A DNA stretch of 32,000 nucleotides from Erysipelothrix inopinata (lineage in GTDB: Bacteria > Bacillota_I > Bacilli_A > Erysipelotrichales > Erysipelotrichaceae), in the NCBI RefSeq assembly GCF_014396165.1, contig NZ_CP060715.1, forward strand, positions 1,590,001 to 1,622,000. The letters run 5' to 3'. Positions 8,088 through 15,973 of this stretch are shown one piece after another (the stretch's first letter is position 1; every line of letters starts with the position of its first letter). The notes beneath the pieces are model-generated. The model was given only the letters and a program-made list of their open reading frames with translations, was not told the DNA's origin and made no database searches. The translations under genes were made by a program, and so were the position numbers.

Positions 8088-9260
8088 ATGTTAGAAAAAA
8101 TTGTTTCGGCGGTTCAAACAAACCGTTATTTGAATGCAATTAAGTCAGCCATTAATAAAGCTGCGTATATTAATATTGCATTAGCTTTTTTTATTTTTGT
8201 GTTTTATCAATTTGATCAGTACGGTACAGTTAGTGAAGAATTGCGTATTTTCTTCGCTTCAGTTTACCAATATTATTGTTTACTACTTGCGTTAATATTC
8301 GCATATGTAATTTCTTCTGAATTAACAGAAGAGGGTGTTACCGATCACTTCCGTTATGCAACAGTATTCTTAGTGGCACTTTTTGCACCTAACTATATTC
8401 CGAATGGATATGGAACCGTTTATCCATTTGTTGCTTGTATTTTAGCAGTATTCTTCCATGCTCTTTTGGAAGGATTAAATCAGTTTAAAGCTAAATCAAA
8501 GCGTTTGCCACAAGCAGTAGTGGATTACTGGAATCGTATATTCCCATTAGTAATTGTCTTTTCTGTAGCATTTGTGATGACATATGTCTTAAGAGATTGG
8601 ATGTATGTGATACCACATGCATTTATGTTTGTGACTGACTTACTTAATACACCTGTTGCGGTAATTGCAACAATTCTTCTTATCTGTTCTTTCTGGGTAC
8701 TTGGAATTCATGGTGTGGGTGTCATTGGAACATTATTAAGACCATTTTGGCTCTTTATGATGGTTGTTAATGGTTTCCAAGTTATTATTAAACAACCTGC
8801 GATCTATATTGGTTCAGAAACATTCTTCCAATGGATTGTATGGCTAGGAGGGTCAGGATGTACTCTTGGACTCTCACTTGCAATGCGATACTTCTCGAAG
8901 AGTAAACATATGAAAGAACTTGGAAAAGAAGCGATTGTGTCCAATTGGTTCAATATCAATGAAAATATTATCTTTGGTGTACCAATTGTTGATAACAAAC
9001 ACTTCAGACTTCCGTTCTTCCTTGCGCCAATCGCATGTGCAGCGCTTGGATACATTGCGTTTTATTCAGGATATGTTACGATACCTTCTATTGTAGCACC
9101 ATGGGTGTTACCTGTTCCAATCGGTATCTTTATATCGACACTTGGAGATATTCGTGCAGTCGGACTTTCATTCTTACTAATCTTAATCTCATTTTTAGTT
9201 TATTTCCCGTTCTTTAAGAAATATGATTTAGAACTATTCCAACAAGAAAATAACAACTAA
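8088..9260 (+). CDS. Divergent, short PTS-EIIC-like permease (lactose/cellobiose family fold)
   Basis: 390-aa polytopic ORF with EIIC type-3 hallmarks (NRYLNAIKSAI near the N-terminus, LGIHGVG motif). It is about 40 aa shorter than its neighbour at 5680 and clearly diverged from it. RBS GTGAGG. Confidence 0.65.
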   Translation: MLEKIVSAVQTNRYLNAIKSAINKAAYINIALAFFIFVFYQFDQYGTVSEELRIFFASVYQYYCLLLALIFAYVISSELTEEGVTDHFRYATVFLVALFAPNYIPNGYGTVYPFVACILAVFFHALLEGLNQFKAKSKRLPQAVVDYWNRIFPLVIVFSVAFVMTYVLRDWMYVIPHAFMFVTDLLNTPVAVIATILLICSFWVLGIHGVGVIGTLLRPFWLFMMVVNGFQVIIKQPAIYIGSETFFQWIVWLGGSGCTLGLSLAMRYFSKSKHMKELGKEAIVSNWFNINENIIFGVPIVDNKHFRLPFFLAPIACAALGYIAFYSGYVTIPSIVAPWVLPVPIGIFISTLGDIRAVGLSFLLILISFLVYFPFFKKYDLELFQQENNN

Positions 9261-9272
9261 GGAGGATGCGTT

Positions 9273-10109
9273 ATGAGCTGTATTTATCGTATTAAAAAAA
9301 ATATGCATACTTATACAGAAACAGAGAAGAAAATAGCTGAATACATCTTAAACAATAAAGATGAAGTTATTAATTTTTCTTCGCAAAGATTTGCCAAAGA
9401 AGTTGATTCTTCCGCAGCGGCTGTTGTTCGCTTTTCTAAGAAAATTGGATATAAAGGATTTACACATTTGAAGGTTGAACTTGCTAAAGATCAATACGAT
9501 GATGACGAGTCCATTGATAAGCTCATAAAAGAGGATGATTCTTCAGAGACAATGATTCGTAAAGCATTGTATTCAAATCATCGAACATTCACGAACACTT
9601 ATAAATTAATTAATGTACCGATTCTTGAAGAAGCAATCGATGCCTTAAAGAAAGCGCGTCGTGTTTATCTCTTTGGAGTGGGTGGATCAGGAGTGGTCTG
9701 TGAGGACTTGTATCAAAAATTAATTCGAATTGATGTAGAGGCTCGATACTTTACAGATGCTCACCTTGAGATATCAGCATTATCTTTCGCAGATGAACGT
9801 GATGTTGCGATTGCAATATCATACTCTGGTGTGACACGAGAAGTTGTTACTGCTCAAAAGATGGCGTCAGCTCAAGGTGTAAAAACGATTGCAATCACAC
9901 AAGTGGGGCGATCAGACTTGACGAAGTATTCCGATATGATCTTGAATATTCCTCAAGAAGAGTCTGAGCTTAGACTTGGATCTATCGCATCACGATTCTC
10001 AATGTTTGCAGTATCGGATTTACTGTATTTAGGAGTAGCGAAAGATAACATTGAACAGACGCGAGATAAACTCGTTAAAACACGTCAGTCTGTTCAATCT
10101 CTGAGATAA
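9273..10109 (+). CDS. murR: MurR/RpiR-family transcriptional regulator (HTH_6 + SIS domain)
   Basis: 278 aa. The N-terminal HTH (EKKIAEYILNN...SSQRFAKEVDSSAAAVVRFSKKIGYKGF) is followed by a SIS sugar-phosphate-binding domain (VYLFGVGGSG). Strong RBS AAGGAGG. Confidence 0.8.
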   Translation: MSCIYRIKKNMHTYTETEKKIAEYILNNKDEVINFSSQRFAKEVDSSAAAVVRFSKKIGYKGFTHLKVELAKDQYDDDESIDKLIKEDDSSETMIRKALYSNHRTFTNTYKLINVPILEEAIDALKKARRVYLFGVGGSGVVCEDLYQKLIRIDVEARYFTDAHLEISALSFADERDVAIAISYSGVTREVVTAQKMASAQGVKTIAITQVGRSDLTKYSDMILNIPQEESELRLGSIASRFSMFAVSDLLYLGVAKDNIEQTRDKLVKTRQSVQSLR

Positions 10110-10132
10110 CACAATAATTTCATAATTTAACT

Positions 10133-10163
10133 AAAAGATTTGAAATATTATTTCAAATCTTTT
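10133..10163. promoter_or_regulatory. Perfect 15+15 palindrome (AAAAGATTTGAAATA-T-TATTTCAAATCTTTT) overlapping the murQ promoter; candidate MurR operator
   Basis: The arms are exact reverse complements. The palindrome covers -35 TTGAAA (10140-10145) and abuts -10 TATAAT (10163-10168, 17-nt spacer). A related site lies at 5577-5595. Confidence 0.55.
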
Positions 10164-10194
10164 ATAATGTCATTATATAAAGTGAGGAAAGAGT

Positions 10195-11097
10195 ATGAAA
10201 GTAGATTTAAGTAAGATTGGAACTGAGCAACAAAATCAAAACACATTGAATATCGATAAGTTAAGCACACTTGAAATGGTGCAACTCATTAATCGTGAAG
10301 ACCAAGCGGTTATCGATGCTGTTGAGAAAGCAACACCTCAAATTGCAGCTGCTGTAGATGCTGCATACGAAGCTGTTTCTAATGGGGGACGTCTTGTCTA
10401 CATTGGAGCAGGTACATCAGGACGTTTAGGAGTTCTTGACGCATCAGAATGTCTCCCAACATTTGGAGTAGGTGAAGAAGCTGTTGTTGGACTTATTGCT
10501 GGTGGAGACACAGCATTACGTCACCCAGTTGAAGCTGCAGAAGACAGTAAAGAAGACGCAGTTAGAGATCTTAAAAATATTAATTTCAATGAAAATGATG
10601 TTGTATGTGCTATTGGTGCATCAGGCCGTACACCATACTGTATTGGTGGATTAGAATATGCTAAAGAAATTGGTGCAAAATCAATTTCACTTGCTTGTGT
10701 TGAAAACAGTGAGTTCTTCAACTATGCTGACTACCCAATTGAAGCAGTTGTAGGTCAAGAAGTTGTGACAGGTTCAACACGTATGAAATCAGGTTCAGCA
10801 ACAAAAATGGTTCTTAATATTTTATCAACAGGAATCATGATTAAATGGGGTAAAATTTACGGAAACCTTATGGTTGATGTTAAAGCAACAAATGAAAAAC
10901 TTGTTGAACGTGCACGTCAAATCATTATCAAAGCTACAGGTTGTTCATATGATCGTGCAGCTGAATTACAAAAACTAAGTAAAGATAATGTAAAACTAGC
11001 TATCGTTATGGAAAAAGCGAATCTTGATGCAGAAGCAGCAATGACACTTCTTGAAAACAATCAAGGACGTATCTCAGCAGCACTCGAAAATAAATAG
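10195..11097 (+). CDS. murQ: N-acetylmuramic acid 6-phosphate etherase
   Basis: 300 aa with the signature MurQ SIS motif GGRLVYIGAGTSGRLGVLDASECLPTFG and a C-terminal ...TGSTRMKSGSATKMVLN. RBS GTGAGGAAAGAG. Confidence 0.9.
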   Translation: MKVDLSKIGTEQQNQNTLNIDKLSTLEMVQLINREDQAVIDAVEKATPQIAAAVDAAYEAVSNGGRLVYIGAGTSGRLGVLDASECLPTFGVGEEAVVGLIAGGDTALRHPVEAAEDSKEDAVRDLKNINFNENDVVCAIGASGRTPYCIGGLEYAKEIGAKSISLACVENSEFFNYADYPIEAVVGQEVVTGSTRMKSGSATKMVLNILSTGIMIKWGKIYGNLMVDVKATNEKLVERARQIIIKATGCSYDRAAELQKLSKDNVKLAIVMEKANLDAEAAMTLLENNQGRISAALENK

Positions 11098-11107
11098 GAG
11101 AAAAAAC

Positions 11108-12259
11108 ATGCAAGATAAATATGCAGTAGGTCTTATGTCAGGTACCTCACTCGATGGGGTCGATGCAGTACTCGTTAAATTAAACGGATTTGGTACAGAT
11201 ACTCAATGCGAAGTAATTGAATTTACATCTCTCGATATTTCTGATGATTTAAGATCACGCATTTTAAAAGCAAGTCATCCAGAAACATCATCTGTAGATC
11301 TTATTTGTTCACTTAATTTTGAGTTGGGTGACATTTGGAGTCAAGCAGTTCAAAAAGTATTAACGAAAGCAGACTTCAAAGGCGAATTGGACTTTGTTGC
11401 ATCACATGGTCAAACTATTTATCACATGCCAAAGGCTGAAAAACCTTTCTATCGTTCAACACTACAAATTGGTGATCCATCACAGATTGCTTACGATCAC
11501 CATACTCAAGTAGTTTTTAACTTTAGACCCATGGATATGATTGCAGGAGGCGATGGTGCGCCACTTGTTCCTTACACAGAATTTATTCTTTACTCTCGTA
11601 AAGATGAATCCGTACTTCTTCAAAACATTGGTGGAATTGGTAATGTTACAATTATTCCTAAAAATTGTGGACTTGAGGATGTTACAGCATTTGATACCGG
11701 TCCAGGAAATATGATGATGAATGCAGCAACTGCACACTTCTATAATGAGCCTTATGATAAAGATGCTCAATACGGTTTTAAAGGACAGTTAATTCCTGAA
11801 CTATATGATGAATTAATCAATCATCCGTATCTAAAACTGTTGCCACCTAAGTCAACAGGAAGAGAGATGTTCGGAGAAGATGTTGTAGCAGACATTTGCA
11901 AGCGGTTTACGGAGCCTAATGACGTTATCTATACCTTGACTAAGTTTACTGCCTTTACGATTGCAGACGCTTATAAAAAGTATGTTTTTGACAAACTTGA
12001 TATTGATCAAATCATTTTAGGTGGTGGAGGAGCTTATAATCCACTCCTAATTAAGGAATTAAAGGAGATGTTACCAGATCATTCTGTTGTAACACAAGAA
12101 GATTTAGGATTCTCCAGTGATGCAAAAGAAGCAGTTGCATTCGCAATCCTAGGTAATGAAACACTCAATAATGTTGCAAGTAATGTTCCATCTGCAACAG
12201 GCAGTGATCGAAGAGTCATACTTGGGCAGATTTGTCCAAATCCAATTCAAGTCTTCTAA
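11108..12259 (+). CDS. anmK: Anhydro-N-acetylmuramic acid kinase
   Basis: 383 aa counted from the ATG at 11108 (AGGAG 8 nt upstream). The track start at 11051 overlaps murQ and adds a non-homologous extension. The N-terminus YAVGLMSGTSLDGVDAVL and the motifs GGIGN and DTGPGN fit the AnmK/UPF0075 family. Confidence 0.85.
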   Translation: MQDKYAVGLMSGTSLDGVDAVLVKLNGFGTDTQCEVIEFTSLDISDDLRSRILKASHPETSSVDLICSLNFELGDIWSQAVQKVLTKADFKGELDFVASHGQTIYHMPKAEKPFYRSTLQIGDPSQIAYDHHTQVVFNFRPMDMIAGGDGAPLVPYTEFILYSRKDESVLLQNIGGIGNVTIIPKNCGLEDVTAFDTGPGNMMMNAATAHFYNEPYDKDAQYGFKGQLIPELYDELINHPYLKLLPPKSTGREMFGEDVVADICKRFTEPNDVIYTLTKFTAFTIADAYKKYVFDKLDIDQIILGGGGAYNPLLIKELKEMLPDHSVVTQEDLGFSSDAKEAVAFAILGNETLNNVASNVPSATGSDRRVILGQICPNPIQVF

Positions 12260-12342
12260 TTGTTTGAAGTTAAAAATAGGTTGTTAATCTATAATTTGTG
12301 CCACAGGTAATCCCGTTGCTTATTCGCAATAAGATTTTTTGT

Positions 12343-12377
12343 GGTTCTTTAAAATTTGGTGTTGATGAGATATTTAT
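12343..12377 (+). repeat. Solo 35-bp ISL3 left-end (IRL) remnant from an older, slightly different IS copy
   Basis: GGTTCTTTAAAATTTGGTGTTGATGAGATATTTAT matches the first 35 nt of the IS at 1534 with 2 mismatches. It is cut off exactly where the IRR of copy 2 begins. Confidence 0.8.
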
Positions 12378-13874
12378 GGCTCTTGAAAATCTAGTGTTGG
12401 TGAACTCCAATATTGATTTAGAGTCACGGCTCCATCACATTAATTTGTGGTGGAGCTTTTTATAATTGTAATGGTAACATTGTGTTGCTTATAAGTAAAA
12501 CTCTCGCTCTAAAATTTGTGAATGATCGATACCCGAATGCAATTCTCTTAATTACTTTTATTAAGTTATTAGTACCTTCTAATTTTCCGTTTGAGTATTC
12601 ATAAGTAAGTGCATTAAGTATCGATGTTTTATGATAGTTGAATGTATTGATTGTGGTTTGAATCGTCTTGGGTAGATGTTTGTAATTCTTGGATATTAAG
12701 TCTTCGAAATAGTCTATTTGCCTGTTATTGATAGAGAGCCGTATTCGCTGCATTAACCAATAACACTCTTCGAGTTCTTTTGAAGATCTCAAGAGTTCAT
12801 CGACGACCTGTTGTTCAGTCATAAGATGAGGGAAACACTTAAAGTGCTTATATTCTTTGTCATCTAAATCATCTTGAGTCATCATTAAGAGTTTCCAATA
12901 CTTCTTCAATTTAGAGTAGTATTGTTTATTCTCTTTCATAACTTGCGTCCTTACAGAGTTGAATGATCGATTAATAAGCTGAACGACATGGAATCTATCG
13001 GTAATTATTTTAGCGTTAGGGAAACAGGACTTTACGAGGTCGATATATCCTTTAAACATATCCATAGAAACAGTCTCTACTTGTTTTCTAACTTCAAGAG
13101 GGAATGAAAAGAAATAAGACTTGAGGAAACCAATATGACGATGCGTAAGGATATCCAGTATCTTACCTGTATCAGCGTCTGTAAAAATAAATGACATCTT
13201 ACCCTTAACCTCTTTAACTGACTTAAACTCATCGAAGGATAGGTTCTTGGGCAAGGAATTGTGAGGTTGAATAAACTTTGAATTGATATTTGTGATCCAA
13301 GAGTTAATGGTAGTGTGAGAGATATTATTACTCTTTGATATATCCCAAACAGAACGTTTTGTCTTAATTTCTAAAAGTACTTTATGATAGGTGTTCTTGG
13401 ATATGGAGCAGTTTTTATCAACTAGGTTTGTTTGAGAGATAAATGTATGCGAACACATCTTGCAGTAATAGCGTTGTTTTTTAAGTTTTAAGTAGGTTGT
13501 GAAATTAGAACACTTTGGAAGTTTAATTGTGACAGACTTAGTTCCGTTTTTAATAATAGAGTTATCTTGATTAATGCAACCACATTTTGTGCAATAATCG
13601 GGATGATCCGGAGAGTGTGTAGCGTATACAACGTGAGATAAAACTCCTTTTATGACTTCTTGTTGAACACTTTCATCTGAAAAATGTATGGATTTGTCTT
13701 TAATATTAAGTAAAATTCGTGTATTATTTTGATTGGACATAGATGATGGATCCCTTTCTCTGGTTGTGGTGACTTTAGTATAGAGGATTTACTTATCTAT
13801 GTCTTTTTTTATTATCTAAAATAAAAAAGTGTTGATGAGATAAATATCTCACCAACACCAGATTTTAAAGAACC
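12378..13874 (-). mobile_element. ISL3-family insertion sequence, copy 2 (1497 bp, inverted relative to copy 1)
   Basis: Same length and ends as copy 1. The non-coding ends and every stretch I compared by eye are identical. The flanking octamers differ (ATATTTAT vs GAAATAAT), so there is no TSD. Confidence 0.9.
12460..13740 (-). CDS. ISL3-family transposase (identical to 1668-2948)
   Basis: The 426-aa translation is identical residue for residue to that of copy 1. Confidence 0.9.
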   Translation of the reverse strand: MSNQNNTRILLNIKDKSIHFSDESVQQEVIKGVLSHVVYATHSPDHPDYCTKCGCINQDNSIIKNGTKSVTIKLPKCSNFTTYLKLKKQRYYCKMCSHTFISQTNLVDKNCSISKNTYHKVLLEIKTKRSVWDISKSNNISHTTINSWITNINSKFIQPHNSLPKNLSFDEFKSVKEVKGKMSFIFTDADTGKILDILTHRHIGFLKSYFFSFPLEVRKQVETVSMDMFKGYIDLVKSCFPNAKIITDRFHVVQLINRSFNSVRTQVMKENKQYYSKLKKYWKLLMMTQDDLDDKEYKHFKCFPHLMTEQQVVDELLRSSKELEECYWLMQRIRLSINNRQIDYFEDLISKNYKHLPKTIQTTINTFNYHKTSILNALTYEYSNGKLEGTNNLIKVIKRIAFGYRSFTNFRARVLLISNTMLPLQL

Positions 13875-14996
13875 GAAATAATCAATTCAACTATGTTATT
13901 TACTGATTGTATTTCTGAATTGGAAGATGTACATTTTTTTGTTGTTGCAGTTCCAACTCCAATAAACGAGGATAAAACCCCAAACTTAGATTTAGTAATT
14001 TCTGCTACCGAAATTGTAGCACCATACCTAAAAAGAAACTCTGTAGTAGTGTATGAATCTACAGTATATCCAGGAGTGACAGAGGATATATGTCTTCCTA
14101 TTCTCAAACAAAACTCTAATTTGAATTATCCTAACGATTTTTCTATTGGGTATTCTCCTGAAAGAATCAATCCTGGTGATAAATTACATAGATTGGAAAA
14201 TATTGTTAAAGTTGTAAGTGCAGATAATTCTGAAAGCTTGAATTTAGTATCCGAAATATATGGAGAAATTATAGAAGCTGGAATTTATAAGGCAACATCA
14301 ATCAAAGTTGCTGAAGCTGCAAAAGTAATTGAAAATAGTCAAAGGGATATTAATATTGCTTTTGTAAATGAGTTAGCTATGATTTTCGATAAATTAAATA
14401 TTAATACTAGTGAAGTGCTAGAAGCGGCATCTACAAAATGGAATTTCCTGAATTTCACTCCGGGTCTCGTCGGAGGGCACTGCATTGGTGTGGATCCCTA
14501 CTACTTAACTTACAGAGCTAATCAAGTAGGTTATGTATCTCAAATAATTACTGCAGGTAGGACAGTAAATGATGACATGGGTAAATATATAGCACAAAAG
14601 AGCATTAAGATGATGATTAATGACAAAAAATCTCTTTATGATTCCAAGGTTGCAATTTTGGGATTCACTTTTAAAGAGAACTGTGCAGATATCCGAAATA
14701 CCAGAGTAATTGATATTGTTAAGGAACTTAATGATTTTGGAGTAAATGTTGATATATTTGATCCGCTTGCAGATGCAGATGAAGTAGCGACACATTATGG
14801 GATCAAAGTTGTTAATAACCTTCCGTTTGCGGAAAGTATTAGCTATGATGTTGTAATCCTTGCGGTAAATCACTCTGAATATGTAGAAATGTCTTCTGAA
14901 AAATATGGCAAGCTTCTCAAAGATGATGCTATTGTTGTTGATGTTAAAAATGTGAAAAATGAATTGAGTAAATCATATAAATACTGGAGCTTATAA
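13875..14996 (+). pseudogene. 5'-truncated TviB/WbpO-family UDP-N-acetylhexosamine 6-dehydrogenase (about 60 N-terminal residues with the Rossmann GxGxxG missing)
   Basis: The frame is open from the IS boundary (EIINSTMLFTDCISELEDVHFFVVAVPTPINEDKTP...VVVYESTVYPGVTED...GYSPERINPGD). This aligns from about residue 60 of TviB-type enzymes. The NAD-binding N-terminus is absent, and the first ATG (13893) has no SD sequence. Confidence 0.8.
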
Positions 14997-15973
14997 TGGA
15001 AAATATTATTAAAAAATTAAATGAAAAACAGTTTAAATTCCTAATAACCGGTTGTGCTGGATTTATTGGATCAAACCTTGTCGAATTTCTTTTGTCTCAT
15101 AACCAAATTGTGATTGGAATTGATGATCTATCAAATGGATTGATAGAAAATATTCATGAACACATGGATAATCCTAACTTTGAATTTGTTGAAATGAATA
15201 TTTGTGATACAAATAATCTGGCCGATAAAATGGTTGGAATTGACTATGTTTTACACCAAGCTGCGTGGGGTAGCGTGCCTAGAAGTATGATTATGCCAGT
15301 TTTTTATGCTGAGCAGAACGTTATTGGAACTGTAAGTGTATTTGAGGCAGCGCGACTAAGTAAAGTAAAAAAAGTAGTGTATGCTTCTAGCTCATCTGTT
15401 TATGGTGACGAACCAAATTTGCCAAAAAAAGAAGGCATAGAAGGAAACTTACTGTCGCCTTATGCGCTTTCTAAGAAAATTGATGAATACTATGGGGAAT
15501 TCTACTCGAGAATATATAAACTCCCTACTGTAGGGTTAAGATATTTTAATGTTTTTGGTAGAAAACAAAATCCGAATTCACAGTATTCAGCTGTAATTCC
15601 TAAATTTATTAAAGCGATTCTCCAGAATGAACCTATTCAGGTGAATGGTGATGGAAATCAATCACGTGATTTCACTTATATTGACAATGTCATAGAAGCG
15701 AATTTGAAGTCGTGTTTCAGCGGTGATATTGCAAATGGTAAAGCATATAATATTGCATTTGGAGGAAGAGTTAGCTTGAATGAGCTCATTGACTCCTTAT
15801 TCATCACTATGAATAAAAAAACTTCCGTATCGTTTGGGGTTGATAGAGAAGGTGATATAAAGCATTCTAATGCTTCAATTGCAAGAGCGAAAACCGACTT
15901 GAATTATAACCCTCGATTCTCCTTTCAAGACGGACTTGAACTCACAATTAAGTGGTATATTGATAACCTTTAG
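14996..15973 (+). CDS. TviC/WbpP-like NAD-dependent UDP-GlcNAc(A) C4-epimerase (extended SDR)
   Basis: 325 aa with LITGCAGFIGSNL, HQAAWGSVPRS, YASSSSVYGD, SPYALSK, GLRYFNVFGRKQNPN, AVIPKF and GDGNQSRDFTYIDNV. The resemblance to WbpP/TviC is close. The start overlaps the upstream stop (TAATG). Confidence 0.85.
   Translation: MENIIKKLNEKQFKFLITGCAGFIGSNLVEFLLSHNQIVIGIDDLSNGLIENIHEHMDNPNFEFVEMNICDTNNLADKMVGIDYVLHQAAWGSVPRSMIMPVFYAEQNVIGTVSVFEAARLSKVKKVVYASSSSVYGDEPNLPKKEGIEGNLLSPYALSKKIDEYYGEFYSRIYKLPTVGLRYFNVFGRKQNPNSQYSAVIPKFIKAILQNEPIQVNGDGNQSRDFTYIDNVIEANLKSCFSGDIANGKAYNIAFGGRVSLNELIDSLFITMNKKTSVSFGVDREGDIKHSNASIARAKTDLNYNPRFSFQDGLELTIKWYIDNL

Noticed and set aside
10133-10163. The 31-bp palindrome as nothing more than the murR terminator.
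   Set aside because: The stem is almost entirely A/T. It overlaps a well-spaced -35/-10 pair, and its core recurs at 5577-5595, where no gene ends. An operator role fits better, though some terminator activity is not excluded.
1534-13874. The two IS copies plus the 9.3-kb interior as a compound transposon that delivered the MurNAc genes.
   Set aside because: Copy 1 has its own perfect 8-bp TSD (CTTTTTTA on both sides), so it inserted alone into pre-existing DNA. The outer flanks of the pair (CTTTTTTA vs GAAATAAT) do not match. The interior is therefore most likely native chromosome.
13800-13892. An outward-reading promoter in the IRL end of IS copy 2 driving the truncated dehydrogenase and downstream genes.
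   Set aside because: I could not find a convincing -35/-10 pair with proper spacing. TTGATG at about 13831 has no matching -10. This stays an open question for RNA-seq rather than a feature.
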